Shown: positions 49,407-56,080 of the stretch, in pieces
How the letters are laid out: every line of letters starts with the position of its first letter
Numbering within the stretch: the first letter of the stretch is position 1
NCBI GenBank assembly: GCA_934621385.1
Contig: CAKTUI010000005.1
Location: 8,109 to 72,108, forward strand
DNA length: 64,000 nucleotides
Source of the DNA: an uncultured Kiritimatiellota bacterium
GTDB taxonomy: Bacteria > Verrucomicrobiota > Kiritimatiellia > RFP12 > UBA1067
Direction: 5' to 3'
Translations under genes and position numbers: made by a program
The notes under the pieces: model-generated
What the model was told of the DNA's origin: nothing
Seen by the model: the letters and a program-made list of their open reading frames with translations, nothing else
Database searches by the model: none

Positions 49407-51473
49407 TCAGCTCAGGGCCGCGTAGGGGTTCGGCTCCGCGCCGCCCGCCTCCTTCGGCCCCGCCGCCGCGTCCACCCGGACGCGCCCGGCCTTCGCCCGC
49501 CGCTTCGGCCCGGCCTCCCGCGCCGCCTCGGCGAGGAGCCGCCGCCCCGTGTCGAGCGCGATCCGCTCCGCCGTCGCCTCCCAGTTGCGGCTGCGCGTGT
49601 CGTGCAGCACCTCCGCCATGTCGACGAGCTTCCGGCGCGACTCCTCGCGGATCATCTCCTCGTCCGCCCAGAACGCCGTCCGGATGCGGTCGGCCATCCC
49701 GAGCGGGCGGTCGTCCTCGTCGGCCACCCAGAGGTGGTCCTGCAGCTCGCCCCAGCAGTTCACGTAGACCTTCACCCGCCGCCCCGGCGCGAGCGCGTGC
49801 GGCACCCCGTCCGCCCCCCTCACCCGCGCCTCGTACACCATCTCCACGCCGCGCCCGTAGAGCCGCTCGTCCCGGAAGCGGAGCGTCCGCTTCGGCGTGA
49901 CCGTCAGCTCCCTCGCCCAGCGCGGGTCCATGAAGTACCACATCTCCGTCAGCGGCACGCGCACGAGCTCGCCCCGCCACGTCTCCCACGCCTCGCGCCG
50001 CGACATCCGGCGGCTGCGCACCATGCGCCCGGGGTCCGCCATGATCATCGCCTCGATGCGCTCGCGCGTCGTCGGCGTGAGCGCGTCGAGCGCCGCCATC
50101 GGGTGCCACGTCCCGGGGTCGTCCGGGTCGCGGAACTCCTCCACGTGGTACCGCTCGCCCCACCCCTCCAGCCGGTGTTCCGTCGTGTCGTTGATCGCGT
50201 CGCTCCGCGCCCCCGCGACCACCTGGTACTCCGACCACTCCAGGAACCGCTTCGAGAACAGCCGCACCACCTCCGCCGGCAGGTCCGCCGCCGCCACCTC
50301 CGCGATGAACCGCTCCTCGTGCCCCCGGAACGCGTCCAGGTCCTCCGGCTTCATCGCCGCGCTCATCCCCACCGCCCCCGGCAGGTCCGCCGTCTCCAGC
50401 TGCCGGTAGCGGTGCGCCCCCTCCACCGTGCTCTTGAACTGCGGGTGCCCGAAGCGCCCGAGGAACAGCCCCCGGTGCGCCGGGGCCGACTTCGGCGAGC
50501 CCGTCTGGAACCGGATCAGCCGCCCGTACCCGGGCAGCCCCTCCAGCCGCCGCCGCACCGCCTCCCGGATCGCCGTCGTCCCCTTTTCCAGCACGTGCGT
50601 CACCCCGTTGCGGTTGAACCCCACCACCGCGTGCACGTAGAAGAACGTCATCGCGAACAGCTGCTCCGTCAGCCCGTCCCCGGCGATGCGGTCCTGCGTG
50701 TCCGTGTGCGAGTAGGGGCGCGGCTTCTGGAACGCCGGCAGGTGGTAGCCCGTGCCGACGTCGTAGCAGTGGAAGCCGACCGGCCGCCACAGCCCCGCGT
50801 GCCCCTTGCACATCACCACCAGGTTGTCGAACGCGTCGTCCCACTGGTACACCGCCCCGCCCGGCAGCTGCCGCCCCGTCGCCGCGTCCAGCCGGCTGCG
50901 CATCACGTCCCGCACGAACCGCGCCGCCGCACCCGCCCCGCGCACGTTCCACTCCAGCGACGCGAGGAACGTCGCGTCCCCCGCGAGCCGCGCCTGCAGG
51001 TTCGCGTACCCCCACCCGAACGGCTCCCACCCGGGCGGGCACGCCGCCGGGACGGCCGCGCCCGGCCGCTCCGCCCGCCACACCTCGCGCCACGTGCCGA
51101 TCCCCGCGAGGATCGCCCCGGCGCGGAAGTCCGCCATCATCCGACGGTGCGCCGCCGCGTGGAAGTTCACCTGCCCCCGGAACTTCTCAAGGTAGCCCTT
51201 GTACACCGGCAGCACGTCCGGCGCGGGGCGCACCCGCGCCACCTTGCGCTTGTCCGCCGCCCCGACCGCGCCGTGCGAACGCCACGCGTAGTACCGCCGC
51301 ATGAATGTCTTCGCCGTCATCCCGGCCTTCCTCGCGCACGCCGCCGCCACGCGGCACGTGCGCCCGCTCCCGCGAGCCGCCGACACCGCCACGAACAGCG
51401 GCTCCAGAGCCGCCACGCGCGCGCGCTCCGCCGGATCCGCGATCATCGCGTACTCCTCGAATATGCTCCGCAT
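49407..51473 (-). CDS. Mu A-like DDE transposase
   Basis: 688 aa with an N-terminal DNA-binding region and candidate catalytic D/D/E residues in YQWDDAFDN, HCYDVGTG and KSTVEGAH. Confidence 0.8.
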   Translation of the reverse strand: MRSIFEEYAMIADPAERARVAALEPLFVAVSAARGSGRTCRVAAACARKAGMTAKTFMRRYYAWRSHGAVGAADKRKVARVRPAPDVLPVYKGYLEKFRGQVNFHAAAHRRMMADFRAGAILAGIGTWREVWRAERPGAAVPAACPPGWEPFGWGYANLQARLAGDATFLASLEWNVRGAGAAARFVRDVMRSRLDAATGRQLPGGAVYQWDDAFDNLVVMCKGHAGLWRPVGFHCYDVGTGYHLPAFQKPRPYSHTDTQDRIAGDGLTEQLFAMTFFYVHAVVGFNRNGVTHVLEKGTTAIREAVRRRLEGLPGYGRLIRFQTGSPKSAPAHRGLFLGRFGHPQFKSTVEGAHRYRQLETADLPGAVGMSAAMKPEDLDAFRGHEERFIAEVAAADLPAEVVRLFSKRFLEWSEYQVVAGARSDAINDTTEHRLEGWGERYHVEEFRDPDDPGTWHPMAALDALTPTTRERIEAMIMADPGRMVRSRRMSRREAWETWRGELVRVPLTEMWYFMDPRWARELTVTPKRTLRFRDERLYGRGVEMVYEARVRGADGVPHALAPGRRVKVYVNCWGELQDHLWVADEDDRPLGMADRIRTAFWADEEMIREESRRKLVDMAEVLHDTRSRNWEATAERIALDTGRRLLAEAAREAGPKRRAKAGRVRVDAAAGPKEAGGAEPNPYAALS

Positions 51474-51486
51474 CGCCGCCGCCCCC

Positions 51487-51837
51487 TCACCGCCGCCGGA
51501 ACGCCGCCGCCTGGTCCGTGCACCGCTCCCGCAGGAACTTGTAGAGCGCCGCGCGCGACACGTGCAGGTTGCGCTTCAGCCGCCCCGTCCCGAGGTCGCT
51601 CCCGCCGATCGCCGCCGAGTCGTAGAGCGCGTACACCAGCTTCGTCTCCGGCTTGTCGAACAGCACCAGCGCGACCTCCACCGCCGTGAAGTCCATCTTC
51701 GACTCCCCGCCCGCGAACCGGTTCATCCGGTCCACGAACGTCGCCATCTCCACGCTCGTCACCTCCAGCGCGTCGCGGAGGCGCTGGAACATGTCGCCCT
51801 GCACGGGCGTGCCCGCCCTCAGCTCCCTGCGCCCCAT
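51487..51837 (-). CDS. early HTH protein
   Basis: 116 aa with C-terminal RLKRNLHVSRAALYKFLRE. Confidence 0.45.
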   Translation of the reverse strand: MGRRELRAGTPVQGDMFQRLRDALEVTSVEMATFVDRMNRFAGGESKMDFTAVEVALVLFDKPETKLVYALYDSAAIGGSDLGTGRLKRNLHVSRAALYKFLRERCTDQAAAFRRR

Positions 51838-51838
51838 C

Positions 51839-52630
51839 TCAGCGCCCCCCTTCCTTCTTCAGCTCCGCCTCGCGCCCGTGCAGGTAGTCCACCAGCACCC
51901 CCAGCGCCGCGAGCGCGTCCTCCACGTCGCGCCGGCACAGCAGCCTCGCCGCCGCCTCCAGCACCACCGTGTTCGTCGCCGGCACGATCACCCGGCTCCA
52001 CTCGGCGCGGGCGCACGCCGCCGGGTCGTTCGCGTCCGGCGCCGCGCCGGCCGCCTTGCCCCCGGCCGGGCGGCCCCCGCACGAGAGCCACAGCCGCTCC
52101 AGCTTCCGCCGGCTCGTCGCCTCGGCGAACAGCCGCTCGCGCGCATCGATCACCGACGCGTCCACCTCGCCGTCCTCCCCGTAGCTGATCCGCAACTCGT
52201 GCGTGGCGCGGAGCGCGGCCATCACCGCGTCCGTCCGGCCTCCCATCAGCTCCGCCATCTTCGCCGCCATCGCCTTGTATGACATGGCCGTTTTGTAGGC
52301 GATTTCGGGGCAGTGGTCGGCGAGCCAGTCCTCGATTCCGCTGTTCGGCCGTCCCTCGCCCCATCGTCCGTTTTTGGTGGCTTTGGCGTTGTTTTTGAAG
52401 GTTTTATATTTTTCTACCGCGGTAGAAAAATACAAACTGGCCTCGACCAGGGCCGCCTCGGCCTGGATCATCATCGCGCCGAAGGCCACAGCCTCGCGCA
52501 CGAAGGCGCCGCGCGCGCCCTCGGCGCGGCGGTACTGCGCCGTGAGCTGCGCCGCCGACTCGTCGACGGCCGCGACCCCGGCCACCTCGACGGCGCTCGC
52601 CGCCCTCACGATCTCGCTCTTTCCCATCAC
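51839..52630 (-). CDS. early hypothetical protein (263 aa) that contains the 52407-52432 palindrome
   Basis: Coherent composition. The palindrome encodes ...LYFSTAVEKYKTF... Confidence 0.5.
   Translation of the reverse strand: MMGKSEIVRAASAVEVAGVAAVDESAAQLTAQYRRAEGARGAFVREAVAFGAMMIQAEAALVEASLYFSTAVEKYKTFKNNAKATKNGRWGEGRPNSGIEDWLADHCPEIAYKTAMSYKAMAAKMAELMGGRTDAVMAALRATHELRISYGEDGEVDASVIDARERLFAEATSRRKLERLWLSCGGRPAGGKAAGAAPDANDPAACARAEWSRVIVPATNTVVLEAAARLLCRRDVEDALAALGVLVDYLHGREAELKKEGGR
52407..52432. repeat. perfect 26-bp palindrome centred on CCGCGG, inside a coding region
   Basis: tatttttcta-CCGCGG-tagaaaaata. Confidence 0.95.
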
Positions 52631-52648
52631 CCGTCCTCCTTGTCCTTG

Positions 52649-52885
52649 TTATTTCCGGTCTGTTTTCCCGAGCGGCAGGACCGCCCAGCTCGGCAGGATC
52701 GCCCCGGTCTCGATCTGCACGGCGAGCCGGGCGCGCTTGTCCGCGCCGATCGCCCCCTTGCCGTAGTACATGTACGTGTAGAGCGCGGAGTACGTCACCC
52801 CGAGCTTCTCCGCCGCCTCGCGCATCCCGCGGTACTTCACCGTGCGGACGCGCTGGATGACGACCTTTTCCGCCGATCCGCTCAT
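52649..52885 (-). CDS. Ner/Cro-like small DNA-binding protein
   Basis: 78 aa. REAAEKLGVTYSALYTYMY is HTH-like. It is the second gene of the early operon. Confidence 0.5.
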   Translation of the reverse strand: MSGSAEKVVIQRVRTVKYRGMREAAEKLGVTYSALYTYMYYGKGAIGADKRARLAVQIETGAILPSWAVLPLGKTDRK

Positions 52886-53010
52886 CGCCGGCCTCCCTTC
52901 CCGTCCCGCCTGGTGAGGCCGTCGGTGTAGCCCCAGGCGTAGCAGATGACGCCGACGACCACGGCGTGGTCGATGGCGATGCCCAGGGCGATTCCGTTGA
53001 CGCTGCTCAT
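52882..53010 (-). CDS. small membrane peptide (42 aa), first early ORF
   Basis: ATG at 53010 preceded by AAGAGGAAGGGGG. MSSVNGIALGIAIDHAVVVGVICYAWGY. The ORF track extends it to 53064. Confidence 0.3.
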   Translation of the reverse strand: MSSVNGIALGIAIDHAVVVGVICYAWGYTDGLTRRDGKGGRR

Positions 53011-53101
53011 CGGGCCGCCCCCTTCCTCTTGTCGCTCATTGTTTCTGTTCCTTTCGTGACACACATTTGGTATAATGTTTTTAATCTATTTCGTGACAAC
53101 G

Positions 53102-53144
53102 GGTGTAGTATACACCAAAGATGATGTTGATGTCAATAGTGTAT
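53102..53144 (-). promoter_or_regulatory. early promoter (TTGACA, 18 nt, TATACT on minus strand) overlapped by the palindromic operator candidate GGTGTAgtaTACACC (53102-53116)
   Basis: Read directly. There are additional TTCGTGACA direct repeats at 53053 and 53090, and TTGGTGT motifs in the repressor leader. Confidence 0.55.
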
Positions 53145-53167
53145 CGCACTTATGGTGTAAAATAAAA

Positions 53168-53500
53168 ATGAACAGTATTGGTGTAAGGCTAAGAGAGCTT
53201 AGGAAATCGTCATCTCAGGCCGAGATGGCGGATAGTGTTGGTGTCAAACAACAGAACTGGGCACGATGGGAAAGTGGTGTGGTATCGCCGAGTGCAGATA
53301 TGATTATCAAGATCTGCCGCGCTCACGCCTGTTCCGCCGACTGGTTATTGGGATTGGCTGAGCGGGGCGGAGGCGGGATGGCGACGGCGCACGGAGTGGG
53401 TGCGATTGCGGCGGCTGGGAATGCGACGGTCAATGCGGGTGGGGTCTGCTCGAAGTGCAAGCTGATGCAGGCGCACATCCGGGAGATTACCGGGCGGTGA
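53168..53500 (+). CDS. XRE-type prophage repressor (Mu c analogue), divergent from the early operon
   Basis: ATG at 53168. IGVRLRELRKSSSQAEMADSVGVKQQNWARWESGVVSPSADMIIKICRAHACSADWLLGL is a Cro/C1 HTH. A TGGTATAAT element lies upstream at 53068-53076. Confidence 0.7.
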   Translation: MNSIGVRLRELRKSSSQAEMADSVGVKQQNWARWESGVVSPSADMIIKICRAHACSADWLLGLAERGGGGMATAHGVGAIAAAGNATVNAGGVCSKCKLMQAHIREITGR

Positions 53501-53544
53501 GTCCGCTGTTCAAGGGTCATTTAAGGTAGGATGAAGCCTACAAG

Positions 53545-53583
53545 AAGCCCCCTTCAAGTTCACTGCCTGGAGGGGGCTTTTTC
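53545..53583 (+). terminator. intrinsic terminator after the repressor gene
   Basis: AAGCCCCCT-16 nt-AGGGGGCTT followed by TTTT. Confidence 0.7.
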
Positions 53584-53610
53584 ATTCTATAAGCAGGCAC
53601 TAAAACTCAG

Positions 53611-53657
53611 TTTTTCTCATCTCGACTTGAATCTTTCCCATCTTGCATTTGAAAATA
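53611..53657 (-). repeat. prophage terminal repeats (repressor end): two tandem transposase-site-like units
   Basis: The reverse complement reads TATTTTCAAATGCAAGATGGGAAAGA, then TTCAAGTCGAGATGAGAAAAA. The shared core is TTCAA(G/A)T(C/G)(G/C)-AGATG(A/G)GAAA(A/G)A. Confidence 0.8.
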
Positions 53658-53662
53658 CAGCC
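53658..53662. repeat. target-site duplication copy CAGCC (high-coordinate side)
   Basis: Identical to 28265-28269. Confidence 0.75.
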
Positions 53663-53861
53663 GCGAAAGGCACAAAAACGGCGCGGCAGTTGGCGGGATT
53701 CGCGGCAAAACGAGCAGGTGGAGACACCGCTTCGACCGAATGCGCCTGTCCGCCCATAACCGAACAATTCGTGCATCAAGCGCACGATTCCGGCGAACGA
53801 GCGGCTTCGCGGCGGATGCTCATGGGCAAGGCCCCGACGCGGCAAGGGCAACCGCCGCGCC

Positions 53862-53965
53862 TCCCGTGCCCATCGGACGGAGACTTACTGCGCAGTAAAT
53901 CAAGACTTACTGGGCAGTAAGTCTAAAGTTACTCAGGAGTAAGTTTTCTTCCGATGGGCACGGGA
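53862..53965. repeat. 16-bp inverted repeat enclosing three palindromes phased at exactly 22 bp
   Basis: Outer arms are tcccgtgcccatcgga and tccgatgggcacggga. Inner palindromes are TTACTGCGCAGTAA (53885-53898), AGACTTACTG-gg-CAGTAAGTCT (53903-53924) and TTACTC-ag-GAGTAA (53929-53942), with centres at 53891.5, 53913.5 and 53935.5. Confidence 0.9.
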
Positions 53966-54144
53966 AATTCCTGTGATGCGTACGCGGCGCACTTCCCCTG
54001 CGCACGACAAGAAATTCCGATAAGCATCCGAAGGAAGAACAATGCCCACGAGCCAAGCTTGCCCTCCCCATCGGGCTGGAAACTGACGGGCAGGAACGGT
54101 CGGTGCGCGGTTGATTGCGCTCCCAAACCGCCGCGTTGCGAAGC

Positions 54145-54741
54145 CTATTCCTCCGTGCCGTCCGTCAGGCGGTAGCCTTCGCCGCGGACGCTCTCAATGG
54201 TGAGTCCCCTGCCCAGTTTCTTGCGCAGGTTGGCAATCGTCTGGTCGACGGTCCGCGTCGTTCCGTAGTAGTCGAATCCCCAGGCCTCGTTCATCAGCGT
54301 CTCCCGCGAGACGACCGCGCCCGGTTCCGCCGTCAAAAGCACCAAAATCTTCAGTTCACGCGGCAAAAGCCGAACCGATGTCCCATCCGCCTGAATCACG
54401 GCCATCCGCGCAACATCAACCTGCACCGGCCCAATGGACCACACCTCCCCACCCGTCTCAAGGACGGAAAGTCCGCCGTCACCATCCTTGACCTCCACAC
54501 GATACTTCGCCGACTGGAGCAGGTTCACCAGCCGCGAACGGGCCGCCCCGTCCTTGCCGACGACAACGACCTTTGGAAACTTCAATAAACGCGCGACACC
54601 GAGAATCGCCACAAGGGCGACTCCCGATGTCGCGCAATAGATGCAGCAGCACGTCAGGCAGGTGCAGGGGAAGCTGCTGCACAACCATGAATCGGTCGTA
54701 CAGCAGTGCTGAGCCAACGCCAGAAGTGCCGCGAGCATCAC
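54145..54741 (-). CDS. membrane-associated Cys-rich regulator with a C-terminal OmpR/PhoB-type winged-helix domain
   Basis: The C-terminus LLPRELKILVLLTAEPGAVVSRETLMNEAWGFDYYGTTRTVDQTIANLRKKLG...VRGEGYRL is a trans_reg_C pattern. The N-terminus MMLAALLALAQHCCTTDSWLCSSFPCTCLTCCCIYCATSGVALVAILGVARLL has 9 Cys and two hydrophobic segments. The middle region is too short for a receiver domain. Confidence 0.7.
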   Translation of the reverse strand: MMLAALLALAQHCCTTDSWLCSSFPCTCLTCCCIYCATSGVALVAILGVARLLKFPKVVVVGKDGAARSRLVNLLQSAKYRVEVKDGDGGLSVLETGGEVWSIGPVQVDVARMAVIQADGTSVRLLPRELKILVLLTAEPGAVVSRETLMNEAWGFDYYGTTRTVDQTIANLRKKLGRGLTIESVRGEGYRLTDGTEE

Positions 54742-54744
54742 CTG

Positions 54745-54927
54745 TTACTTGCCACACGCGCAGTTGGTGGTGCAGGTGCAGGTCGCCTGACCGCATCCGC
54801 ATTCACACGCCTGACCCGGTGTGCAGTTCTTGCAGCACGCCTTCTTCGGCGCGACACACGAACAACAACCGGCGAGAACCGCCACCACTCCGGCGACAAG
54901 CGCCGCGACAATTGCACTCTTCATCAT
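54745..54927 (-). CDS. Cys-rich small lipoprotein (metallothionein-like composition)
   Basis: MMKSAIVAALVAGVVAVLAGC lipobox. The mature 40 aa (CCSCVAPKKACCKNCTPGQACECGCGQATCTCTTNCACGK) contain 14 Cys. Good RBS (aaaggagg). Its stop is 3 nt before the regulator start. Confidence 0.65.
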   Translation of the reverse strand: MMKSAIVAALVAGVVAVLAGCCSCVAPKKACCKNCTPGQACECGCGQATCTCTTNCACGK

Positions 54928-55016
54928 TTTCAGCCTCCTTTGGCCTTACTCGTTTAACTGGCGCATAGTATAGCGAAACCGCGTCCGCGAAGTGTCAGAC
55001 GAATGTAAAACTTTGC

Positions 55017-56063
55017 TCAGACGATGACGCCTCCGCAGAGTACGGCATCGTCCTCCGCCCCATAGAAGACGGCACTCTGCCCAGTTGCGATGCCCATGAT
55101 GTCCTCGGACAGCGAACAGTGCGCACCACGGAGGGTGGCCGGAACAAGCCGCCCGGCACTGCGCACCTTGGCGCGGCATGGAATCGACTCCTGCGTCGGT
55201 TCCGCCGCGACCCAGTTCATCTCCGCGACATCAAGCGAAGTGCGGACGGCCTCGTCGGCCCGCCCCACGACGACGCGGTTTCGACACGCGTCCACGTCAA
55301 TGACGTAATACGGTTCGCCCGCCCCACCGATGCCAAGCCCCTTGCGCTGCCCAATCGTGTAGTGCCAGAACCCAAGATGATGGCCGAGGACGCGTCCATC
55401 CGTCGTTACGATGTCGCCCAGACGATCCGCCGCGCCAATCAGCTCGTTCACGTCACCCGCATAGAAGTCCTGCGAGTCCGGCTTATCCGATGCGTTCAGC
55501 CCATGGGCGCGAGCAATCGACCGAACCTCGGTCTTCGTCAGCTCACCCAACGGAAAGACCTGCCGCGCCAGCTGCTCCTGCGAAAGGCGATAGAGGAAAT
55601 AACTCTGGTCCTTCGCCTCATCCCGTGCACGGAGAATCGCCCACCGTCCGCCGCGCCGCTCGACACGCGCATAGTGCCCCGTGGCGAACATGTCGAACGA
55701 AAGCCCCGCCTCCACGGCGAGGCGCGGCAGAAGCCCGAACTTCATTAGTGCATTGCACCGGACACAGGGATTCGGGGTCCTGCCCGAGAGGTAGGTCTCG
55801 CGAAAATACGAGACGATGGCCCGATCGTACTGCGCGGCACAGTCAAAGACCTTGTAGTCAATGCCAATGGCCTTTACAAAGGCCGCCGCACGCTCGATGT
55901 CCTCCTTCTCCCCAGCCCCGAAACAGGCATCACGCGGGCCGCCGCGATACTGCCCGCGCCACAATTTCATCGTAATGCCGATAACATCGTGGCCCTGCTC
56001 CTTCAGGAGTAGGGCCGCGACGCTTGAATCGACACCGCCGCTCAGTCCAACTGCGACTTTCAC
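55017..56063 (-). CDS. mnmA: tRNA 2-thiouridine(34) synthase MnmA
   Basis: PP-loop VAVGLSGGVDSSVAA, the CVRCN motif, and about 348 aa. Confidence 0.92.
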   Translation of the reverse strand: MKVAVGLSGGVDSSVAALLLKEQGHDVIGITMKLWRGQYRGGPRDACFGAGEKEDIERAAAFVKAIGIDYKVFDCAAQYDRAIVSYFRETYLSGRTPNPCVRCNALMKFGLLPRLAVEAGLSFDMFATGHYARVERRGGRWAILRARDEAKDQSYFLYRLSQEQLARQVFPLGELTKTEVRSIARAHGLNASDKPDSQDFYAGDVNELIGAADRLGDIVTTDGRVLGHHLGFWHYTIGQRKGLGIGGAGEPYYVIDVDACRNRVVVGRADEAVRTSLDVAEMNWVAAEPTQESIPCRAKVRSAGRLVPATLRGAHCSLSEDIMGIATGQSAVFYGAEDDAVLCGGVIV

Positions 56064-56080
56064 CGCGATGTCACCTTTCG

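Larger units (their letters stand above)
28270..53657 (-). mobile_element. Mu-like transposable prophage, 25,388 bp
   Basis: Carries a DDE transposase, MuB-like ATPase, DUF3164-like, GemA-like, divergent repressor and Mu-type head genes, with no integrase. It has imperfect terminal inverted repeats, a 5-bp flanking direct repeat, and an abrupt rise in GC. Confidence 0.85.

Noticed and set aside
46461-52435. The 71-nt inverted duplication as a diversity-generating retroelement TR/VR pair.
   Set aside because: There is no reverse transcriptase gene in the window. The 17 mismatches I tabulated are not confined to adenine positions of one copy, and one copy is non-coding.
53658-53659. Alternative high-coordinate boundary at 53659, giving a classical TG...CA element.
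   Set aside because: The flanking pentamers would then be CAGCC and GCCGC, so there would be no duplication. With the end at 53657 the pentamers match exactly and the two termini align from their first T. The CA is therefore read as part of the duplicated target, though the A/CA ambiguity cannot be resolved without an empty site.
53531-53920. 129-aa plus-strand ORF, and the 83-aa minus-strand ORF at 53600-53851.
   Set aside because: Both read straight across the prophage/host junction and the terminal repeats, so they cannot be ancestral genes. Their composition is poor.
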